Source: Chloroflexota bacterium
GTDB lineage: Bacteria > Chloroflexota > Anaerolineae > Aggregatilineales > J027
Direction: 5' to 3'
DNA length: 64,000 nt
NCBI GenBank assembly: GCA_024434115.1
Contig: QMIT01000009.1
Coordinates: 150,165-214,164, forward strand
A model generated the notes under the pieces. That model was not told the origin of the DNA, made no database searches, and saw only the letters and a program-made list of their open reading frames with translations. Below are positions 57,114 through 64,000 of this stretch, in pieces. Positions within the stretch are counted from its first letter, which is position 1; every line of letters starts with the position of its first letter. The translations under genes and the position numbers were made by a program.

Positions 57114-58856
57114 TTATTGCAGAGGTACCCCGACGATTTCGGTGGCAGAGATTTGGATGTCTAGGCCGTTGGTGACATCGAATTGGTAGGCTTCAAGTGT
57201 GTTGTTGAGACAATCAAACACTTTGACGTCATAGCTCCCCGGTGGCACACTCCATTCGATATAGGTCTGATTGGCAAAGACCTCATTCGCTTCCAACTGG
57301 TTATCGCCCCAATTGGTTTCTGTGCTTGCGCTCACATACACTTGGCACAGGTCAGTCCCGGCAAGATTGCTGATCCGCAGTGTTACGGTCTGGTCATTGG
57401 GAGTCTGGTTAGTGGGTGTATCTTGTGGCGGTGTCCCCAATGGCACACTGGTGATGCGGTCAAGGTAGATTTGCACCTCAAGGTCACGGCTGACTTCAAT
57501 CTTATACGCTTCGAGTGTATTGTTATTGCAGTCCGCTACCTGAACGTCATAGGTGCCGGGTTGGATGTCCCATTCAAAATAGGTCATCGGGGCAAGGCGC
57601 TCACCTTCGATTTGGTTTGGCCCCCAATCCGAGGCATCGGACGCACTAAAGAACACGCCGCACAATTCGATGTCGGTGTAATTGCTGATGCGCCATTTAA
57701 AGGTTGTTGGGCCGGGTGGGACATTCGGATTTGTGCCGCCTGTTGTGTCACCCGATTCAAATTGCGCCGTGACTTTGAATGTCCCGGTTGTTGCACCATC
57801 TTGGAATCCAAAGCGAGTCGCAACTACGATGTAATTGCCAGCTTCGGCAAAATAGGCGGAAACCTGTGCATTGGTGCTGGTAGCATCGAAGTTGTCATTT
57901 TCGACCACAACAGTGGTGCGGTCAGCCGTCATAATGCCGACGTAGGGATCGAGATCACCGCTGGTGGTTTCCATCGTCACGGTAACGGTGGTGTTGGCTT
58001 CAACTGCCAGATCAAAAACCGATGCAGATTCCTTATTGGTAATTTCACCCTCTACTTCTGCCACATCACCGGGGACATTATTGCTGGGAATGCCATTCGT
58101 GCCGTTAGGTGGGGTAGTGTTGGTGGGCGTGCTGGTGGTGCTGCCGGGAGGGCCATAGAGGGATTGAATGGCGCTGATGTCGTCATCACCCAATTTGGTG
58201 GCATAACCCGCATAGGGGTACATAATCGCGGTCGTGAATTCGCTGTGGCCCAAGCCAATGCCGTGACCGATTTCATGTACCGCCGTCGAAATAATATCGG
58301 TGGGGGCACCGTCCCCAATAGACCATGGTTCGGCGTCGTCAATCCACATATCGCCGCCGTAACGGGGGAAGAAACAGTAGGCCAAAACGCCACCCACGAT
58401 GCCGAGTGTGCCTTCAGGATCGCCACTAGAGGCCCATGTGACTTCCATGTCGGCCTGTGAAGCATCGTTGACTTCGGCGAAGATCAACGAGGATACATTG
58501 GCCCATGTTTGGAAGCTATCCCGAATGGCTTGGCGTGCCTGTTCACAGTCGAGGTTGGTGGGGCAGTTGTGGAAGAAATAAGTCAGGCTCGTTTTATCCC
58601 AAGGATCACGTAGAGAATAAGCCAGTGCGCCATTCTCACCGGGGACAGGATAATGGTCAATGGGTTCAACTTTATCGGTGGCTTCGCTGCCCCCTTGTGC
58701 ATAGGCGGTTTTTGCCATCATCGGGCCTGAACCATCCGATGCAATCATGGATGCAAAAATCGCTACATTGACGAACGCAAGGACCAAGATAATGGCAGGC
58801 AAACGCCACTTAAGGCGAAGACTTATTTTGCGCTGCGGCGATGCGCTCTTTTTCAT
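57114..58856 (-). CDS. Matrixin (M10) metalloprotease with PPC-like domain and two C-terminal repeats
   Basis: HEIGHGIGLGHS zinc motif and AIMYP Met-turn; GDLDPY..ENDN..GNYIVVATRF; two RISN..LC..WGxNQ..YDVxVxDC repeats; start ATG 58856. Confidence 0.88.
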   Translation of the reverse strand: MKKSASPQRKISLRLKWRLPAIILVLAFVNVAIFASMIASDGSGPMMAKTAYAQGGSEATDKVEPIDHYPVPGENGALAYSLRDPWDKTSLTYFFHNCPTNLDCEQARQAIRDSFQTWANVSSLIFAEVNDASQADMEVTWASSGDPEGTLGIVGGVLAYCFFPRYGGDMWIDDAEPWSIGDGAPTDIISTAVHEIGHGIGLGHSEFTTAIMYPYAGYATKLGDDDISAIQSLYGPPGSTTSTPTNTTPPNGTNGIPSNNVPGDVAEVEGEITNKESASVFDLAVEANTTVTVTMETTSGDLDPYVGIMTADRTTVVVENDNFDATSTNAQVSAYFAEAGNYIVVATRFGFQDGATTGTFKVTAQFESGDTTGGTNPNVPPGPTTFKWRISNYTDIELCGVFFSASDASDWGPNQIEGERLAPMTYFEWDIQPGTYDVQVADCNNNTLEAYKIEVSRDLEVQIYLDRITSVPLGTPPQDTPTNQTPNDQTVTLRISNLAGTDLCQVYVSASTETNWGDNQLEANEVFANQTYIEWSVPPGSYDVKVFDCLNNTLEAYQFDVTNGLDIQISATEIVGVPLQ

Positions 58857-59078
58857 GGTTTGATCTCCTGTATACATTACCACACACGGCGGATTCGGAA
58901 AGGTGATTGATAATTGCAGCTTACTTCGATAATCCCGACACCCCCTCACAGCCTCTACGCTATTGTAGAATTTGCCACCATTGTAGACAAATGCAAAATG
59001 CTGTGCCAATTGTCTACGTCTGCATAGACGCTACTGATTGAATTTTTGTTCCGCACCATTTTTTTGAGGTTAGGGAGC

Positions 59079-59109
59079 AAAAAGGGCAAGCCTTGAATCA
59101 TGCCCTTTT
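59079..59109 (-). terminator. Intrinsic terminator after pruA
   Basis: AAAAGGGCA-12nt-TGCCCTTTT. Confidence 0.72.
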
Positions 59110-59158
59110 AGCCTATCAGATGGAATTTAGAAAATAACCCGACTAAAGTCCGATTTCC

Positions 59159-60718
59159 CTAACGTAATTCGGCAATGCTCTTGGCTTGGGTGAACAGCAG
59201 TAGGTAATCCGGGCCACCTGCCTTACTATCCGTGCCACTCATATTAAATCCGCCAAAAGGATGGGCGCCGACCATTGCCCCGGTACACTTGCGGTTGAAA
59301 TAGAGATTCCCTACATGGAATTCGTGGCGTGCCCGTTCTAAGCGTGCCCGATCATTCGAGAACAGCGCCCCCGTCAGGCCATATTCAGTGCTGTTGGCAA
59401 TATCCAGCGCGTCATCAAAATTCTTGGCGCGGATCATCGCCAATACTGGCCCAAAGATTTCTTCTTGGGCGATCTTGGCGTCACCGGGGACATCGCCAAA
59501 CACTGTTGGTTCAATAAAATAGCCATTGGTATTGGTTTCGATGGCATTGCCACCCGCCAGCAGGGTGTGATGTTCGCGCCCGTGTTTGATGTAATCCATG
59601 ATGCTGTTAAAGGCTTTGCGATCCACGACTGGCCCCATATAAACATTTTGGCTCTTATCCGTTTCGCCGACGGTCAATTTTTGGGTCAATTCAGCGACGC
59701 GGCCTGCCACTTCGTCATAGACATTGCCGACAACAATCGCGCGGCTGCCTGCCGAACATTTTTGCCCTTGAAAACCAAAGGCGCTGGCGACAATCGCAAC
59801 CGAGGCTTTTTCCAGATTGGCGGTCTCGTCCACGACCACCGCATCTTTGCCCCCCATTTCGAGGACAGTACGTTTGAGCCAGAGTTGACCGGGGGATACT
59901 TTGGCAGCGCGGTCAAAAATGCGCATCCCCACTTCTTTGGAGCCAGTGAAGGCAATAAAGCGGGTGAGGGGATGATCTACAATCGTATCGCCAATTGCGC
60001 CACCGGGGCCGGGCAAGAAATTCAAGACACCAGCGGGCAATCCCTGTTCCCAAAATAATTCGCATAGCTTATATGCGATGGCCGGGCTGGTACTGGCGGG
60101 TTTTTGGATGACCGAGTTTCCGGCGACAATCGCGGCGCTGGTCATGCCTGTCATAATGGCATTGGGGAAGTTCCAAGGCGGAATGACCGCCCCGACACCC
60201 AAGCCGATGTATTGCAAGTCCAGTTCTTCGCCAGCCAACGGGGTCAGCAGTTCACGCGCATTATCAAGACGCATCATCTGGCGGGCATAATATTCGAGAA
60301 AGTCAATCGCTTCGGCGGTATCGGCATCGGCTTCAACCCAACTCTTGCCGACCTCAAAAACCATCCATGCCGAAAATTCGTGTTTGCGGCGGCGCATTTC
60401 ACCAGCGGCACGTAGCAAATAGCGGGCGCGTTCATAGGCGGGGGTGTGACGCCATTTCAAAAAGGCTTCGTGAGCAATCGGCACAGCTTTTTCGGCAAGT
60501 TCTTTTGTCCCTTGTGCAAACGTGCCTACGACTTCGGATGGGCGGGCGGGATTGATGGAATCAAAGGTTTGACCGGGCCAATATTCTTCCCCGCCCACCA
60601 CAATTGGGTAGCGGCGGCCTAGTTGTGAACGGACATATTCCACTGCCGCTGCAAAGGCTTCGACATTGGCAGGGTTGCTAAAATCAGTTTGTGGTTCGTT
60701 GCGAAATTCAGGCAGCAT
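59159..60718 (-). CDS. pruA: L-glutamate gamma-semialdehyde (P5C) dehydrogenase, RocA/PruA type
   Basis: FRNEP, EADADTAEAIDFLEYY, PPWNFP, FTGSKEVG, LEMGGKD, FQGQKCSA, EEIFGP, GNLYFNRKCTGAMVG; GGAGG before ATG 60718 (TTG 60760 possible). Confidence 0.94.
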   Translation of the reverse strand: MLPEFRNEPQTDFSNPANVEAFAAAVEYVRSQLGRRYPIVVGGEEYWPGQTFDSINPARPSEVVGTFAQGTKELAEKAVPIAHEAFLKWRHTPAYERARYLLRAAGEMRRRKHEFSAWMVFEVGKSWVEADADTAEAIDFLEYYARQMMRLDNARELLTPLAGEELDLQYIGLGVGAVIPPWNFPNAIMTGMTSAAIVAGNSVIQKPASTSPAIAYKLCELFWEQGLPAGVLNFLPGPGGAIGDTIVDHPLTRFIAFTGSKEVGMRIFDRAAKVSPGQLWLKRTVLEMGGKDAVVVDETANLEKASVAIVASAFGFQGQKCSAGSRAIVVGNVYDEVAGRVAELTQKLTVGETDKSQNVYMGPVVDRKAFNSIMDYIKHGREHHTLLAGGNAIETNTNGYFIEPTVFGDVPGDAKIAQEEIFGPVLAMIRAKNFDDALDIANSTEYGLTGALFSNDRARLERARHEFHVGNLYFNRKCTGAMVGAHPFGGFNMSGTDSKAGGPDYLLLFTQAKSIAELR

Positions 60719-60973
60719 CGAGCGTTTTTGCCTCCAAGATTGATAGGGGTGATTTGACAAAACTTTTGGAATCTTTTTCGATCAAGCCCCTAGAACTAAA
60801 GATGTTAAGTTTTTGAGCGATAGGGTTTCAATTATAACGTGTTTTTGGGGGTACTTGACAGGCAAGTGCAAAAAGACAATAGTTAAGAGATGTCGAGTGG
60901 CACGGTTAAGCGAATTTTCTTATAATGAGCCGCTTGTAATGGGAAAGTAGTATTTTTTCAAGGAACGAAGTTT

Positions 60974-61516
60974 ATGTCGCAACGCCCTATTCGTCATGAG
61001 TTACTTACATGGGAAGATGTTGATAAATTGGTGGATATCCTTATCCCGCAACTACGGAGTGTGGGAAGTTTTGACGCGATGGTGATGATTACGCGGGGGG
61101 GTATTGTGCCGGGGGGCTTACTGGCCGAGGCGCTCGATATTTCCAAAGTGCTGACGGCGGCGGTCAGTTTTGGCACGGATACCATCATGGGGGAGGGCCT
61201 TAAAGCATGGCCTAAATTCCTACAATTCCCCGATACCGATTTGTTGACTGGGCTGCGGGTTTTGACGATTGACGATGTGTGGGGCAGTGGACGTACCAGC
61301 ACCGCCGTTCGCAGTCGGTGTGAGGCCGCTGGCGCAAAGGCGTATACCTGTGTGTTCCATTTTAATCCCTATCGCTCCTTGTTTGTGAAGACCGAACCGG
61401 ATTTTTATGGGGCGATTACAGATGCACATATTGTCTATCCGTGGGAAACGGATCGTGGACTAGAGGGCATGGGCACTTATGATCCAAAGCCGATTATTTC
61501 ACCGGAATCCAATTAG
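60974..61516 (+). CDS. Type I phosphoribosyltransferase (Gpt/HPRT-like)
   Basis: ITRGG, VLTIDDVWGSGRT PRPP loop, IVYPWE. Confidence 0.9.
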   Translation: MSQRPIRHELLTWEDVDKLVDILIPQLRSVGSFDAMVMITRGGIVPGGLLAEALDISKVLTAAVSFGTDTIMGEGLKAWPKFLQFPDTDLLTGLRVLTIDDVWGSGRTSTAVRSRCEAAGAKAYTCVFHFNPYRSLFVKTEPDFYGAITDAHIVYPWETDRGLEGMGTYDPKPIISPESN

Positions 61517-61615
61517 GTAAATTGTTGTCATGCCCCAACAAATCATTACGACTTTTTCAAGTGGGCCTTCGGTATACTTAAAACGCGCATTTTTCAGTTT
61601 TCGGGAGGTCACTGC

Positions 61616-62431
61616 ATGTTGAAACAGCTTCTAGGCAATGGGACGCTCCTTGTGCTGTTGGCGATGCTGCTGACGGCATGTGGTGGGGGTGATGATAAAG
61701 ACGATAACGGCGGTGATAATGATGGGTCGCAGCAGACGCCTGCTGCCAATGGGACAGAGGTGGTCTCCTTAGGAGAAGCTGAAATTTCCGGCTTTCCCAT
61801 GACACGAATTATTCGTGCGGTAGAAGATCTAACCCTTGTGTCCTATACGGTTGTTGAAAAAGATGGTTTTCTGTATCCGATGTATTTGGTGCGGAATGAT
61901 ACAGGCGAGACCATTGAAAATGTTTCGGCCATTATCACGTTTTTAGACGTCGAGAACTTGCGCCTGACGGATGCTTCGGTAGTGAGTTCCTATGTCAATA
62001 TCCCGCCGGACAAATTAGTACCCATAATGGGGATTTATTCAGTACCTGTCGATTATGATGGCCTTGCGACGCTGATTGTGCGCTCCGGCGAATTAACATT
62101 TGATGGATATGCGCCCTATTTTGATGCCACTGTCACTACTGAACCCCTGTCGGATACAGGCGAATTGCGCGGCACCGCCACCAATAACAGCGGGATTGCA
62201 TTGGTTCAACCTGTTGCCACATTTGTATTGTCTGATGCAGCGGGGAATCTCATTTCGTTGGTTCAGGTTTCCCCAACTGGCCTTGATGAACATGGCTACT
62301 GGCAACCCGGTGCTGCCCTTGAACTGAGTGGCAGTGTCCAAGTTTTTGCCGGGGATAGCCTTGCCAATGTCGCCCAAATAGACTTGATCGTAGCGGGATA
62401 TGAACTGAAGCCACCTTCCCGCCAACCCTAA
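61616..62431 (+). CDS. Lipoprotein with two FxLYD-like Ig-fold domains
   Basis: Lipobox LTAC; VRNDTG and GTATNNSG..ATFVLSDAAGNLI segments. Confidence 0.7.
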   Translation: MLKQLLGNGTLLVLLAMLLTACGGGDDKDDNGGDNDGSQQTPAANGTEVVSLGEAEISGFPMTRIIRAVEDLTLVSYTVVEKDGFLYPMYLVRNDTGETIENVSAIITFLDVENLRLTDASVVSSYVNIPPDKLVPIMGIYSVPVDYDGLATLIVRSGELTFDGYAPYFDATVTTEPLSDTGELRGTATNNSGIALVQPVATFVLSDAAGNLISLVQVSPTGLDEHGYWQPGAALELSGSVQVFAGDSLANVAQIDLIVAGYELKPPSRQP

Positions 62432-62479
62432 AGGAAATAGCAAGAGGCGAGGTATTGATTGAATATCCCGCCTCAAAAT

Positions 62480-63805
62480 TTAACTCTTCGCGTCATCTTC
62501 GTCGGCTTTGGCCGTTGCCTTTCCACCGCCGCGCAAATTGAGCAGCCGATTGAGCATATCGAACCAGAAGGGCGCTCCCATGACCCCCGCGATCACCGTT
62601 AGACCCCAACCTACAACCGCTTTAAAGAGGGTTAGTTCGGAGCGTTGAGTATCACCTGATTGGGCCAATGCAGTCGGCAAACCCAGCGAATCTAGTTCTC
62701 CTTCTGTCCAACCGACGGGAATGCGCAGCGAGGCTAAGTCTTCACGGAAGATAGTCACCGGGTTGGTTTCCCTATCGCCTTCCGGCGCGGCTTGTTCTTC
62801 CAAAACGCGCTGATCTGCCGCTGCCACAACCGAATCGCGCAAGGTGGTGTTCGTCCAAAGCGATTCAGCGATGTTGATGGTGTTGACATTAAAAACCACT
62901 GCCAAAACAAGGGCAATTGCAAAAATCCATGCCTGACTTGTTCGTTTAAAAATGGTGGTTAGGCTGTCCATCGCACGGTTGTACCAGTTTTCGACCCCGG
63001 TCACGACCTGCTCAAATTTTTCTTTGGTCGTCTCGATTTTCTCATCCAAGCCTTGTTGGCGAATAATTAGTTCGATCTGCCGCTGGAAAAATTCTTTAGT
63101 CTGTTCGGGGAGCTTGATTTCGGTCAGGCCAAGTGTAATGAGGTCAAGCACTTCGGCCCGATAGGTGAAGGCATTGCGGACTTGGAAACGGATTTCGTCG
63201 CAGACTTTGGGGTCTTTGATGCCAATTTCGATTATCAGCTTGTCCACCCCTTCAATGACCGTACTTTCGTTTTGGTCAATCAGGGTACCGAGTTTGTAAC
63301 GGACATAGTTGATGGCCTGCTCTTTAACTTTCTTTTCTTGGAGGGTTTCACCGACATTATTGGCAAAAAGAGCCGCAAGGTCGTCAATCGAATATCGCGC
63401 ATTTGGATTTTGCTTTTGGATGTCTTCGCCCGTAGCGATGATCAAATCTAATAAGGCCCGTGAAAAGGTGGATGGGGCGATGTAATCCGGATTGGGGTTA
63501 TAGGTCAATAAACTCCGGGCTGGAAATAGATTTTTAATGATGGGGAGGCGGCGTATATACTGCGTTAGTTTATTTTCAACAGCGACGTTGCCTTGTTTTA
63601 GACGGGTGCTTTTGATGAGGGGATGATCCATTATCTGCTGCTGCACGTCGGCGTCAAGTAGGTACAACAGACCCTGTTGCAACAGTTTGCCCCGCATCTC
63701 AAGGGCGCGTGCAATCATGGAAAAGCCACCGGAACACATGGTTCCAAAAACGAAAAATATGAAAATCAGGCCAATGGCGGTATCTAGGACGGCTGATCCC
63801 AACAT
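62480..63805 (-). CDS. Conserved uncharacterised membrane protein
   Basis: LDTAIGLIF, HPLIK, PDYIAPSTFSRALLD, WYNRAMD, NVNTI, IPVGW, GAPFWFDML; GGGAGG RBS before ATG 63805. Confidence 0.8.
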   Translation of the reverse strand: MLGSAVLDTAIGLIFIFFVFGTMCSGGFSMIARALEMRGKLLQQGLLYLLDADVQQQIMDHPLIKSTRLKQGNVAVENKLTQYIRRLPIIKNLFPARSLLTYNPNPDYIAPSTFSRALLDLIIATGEDIQKQNPNARYSIDDLAALFANNVGETLQEKKVKEQAINYVRYKLGTLIDQNESTVIEGVDKLIIEIGIKDPKVCDEIRFQVRNAFTYRAEVLDLITLGLTEIKLPEQTKEFFQRQIELIIRQQGLDEKIETTKEKFEQVVTGVENWYNRAMDSLTTIFKRTSQAWIFAIALVLAVVFNVNTINIAESLWTNTTLRDSVVAAADQRVLEEQAAPEGDRETNPVTIFREDLASLRIPVGWTEGELDSLGLPTALAQSGDTQRSELTLFKAVVGWGLTVIAGVMGAPFWFDMLNRLLNLRGGGKATAKADEDDAKS

Positions 63806-64000
63806 CTCAGTTCCTCCCAATGGGTAAGAAGCGGTTGAGTGGTGGTCAGTATAGTGGGGGTGGGGCGTAGATGCAAAAAATTAGTGGCGCTGTAGATAAT
63901 AGAACGTGTGAGCTATGTTTGTAAGTTATATAATGGATATGCGTTAGCGTAACTACAGTTACGCTTAAATGGATGTGGGTTATATTCAACTGGAAATAGT

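Noticed and set aside
57183-58460. 425-aa + strand ORF, and the other long antisense ORFs (e.g. 4515-5255, 20993-21760, 47865-48548, 49268-50014, 52416-53072)
   Set aside because: They lie entirely opposite well-supported genes, show no motifs and have typical shadow-ORF composition
1-64000. CRISPR arrays, tRNA/rRNA, IS elements, prophage genes
   Set aside because: No regularly spaced repeats, cloverleaf/T-loop signatures, transposase or integrase ORFs were seen on reading; tRNAscan/Infernal were not run

Overview
A 64-kb stretch of bacterial core chromosome. The gene repertoire (S21 style, FemAB, many SH3/CAP/Ig-like surface and lipoproteins, fadE23/24-like pair) suggests Chloroflexota, Anaerolineae-like; this is inference, not a database result. 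Main blocks: argF; a YghO-type GNAT-uvrC-orf-femAB run; a YeiH-type transporter with a small partner; a TetR-acyl-CoA dehydrogenase pair split by an oppositely oriented gene with a histone-H1-like tail and a LexA-like box; nrdR-nrdJ (class II RNR with two LAGLIDADG inteins and tandem NrdR boxes); moaA; accC; a cluster of two S1 paralogues, rpsU and infA; several modular secreted proteins; a 13.6-kb ilvE-ilvB-ilvN-ilvC-leuA-leuC-(His phosphatase)-leuD-(YwqG)-cimA-(HIT)-leuB operon; two convergent metalloproteases; pruA; a PRTase; two uncharacterised envelope genes. The best signals missing from the ORF track are: a 46-codon Leu/Ile/Val-rich leader peptide plus terminator upstream of the ilv-leu operon; a sigma70 promoter with LexA-like box on the inserted H1-like gene; a MerR-type 19-bp-spacer promoter on a Cys-rich orphan gene; and a BoxC/REP-like repeat family whose copies each carry a G-quadruplex motif. 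I saw no tRNA, rRNA, CRISPR array, transposase or integrase.
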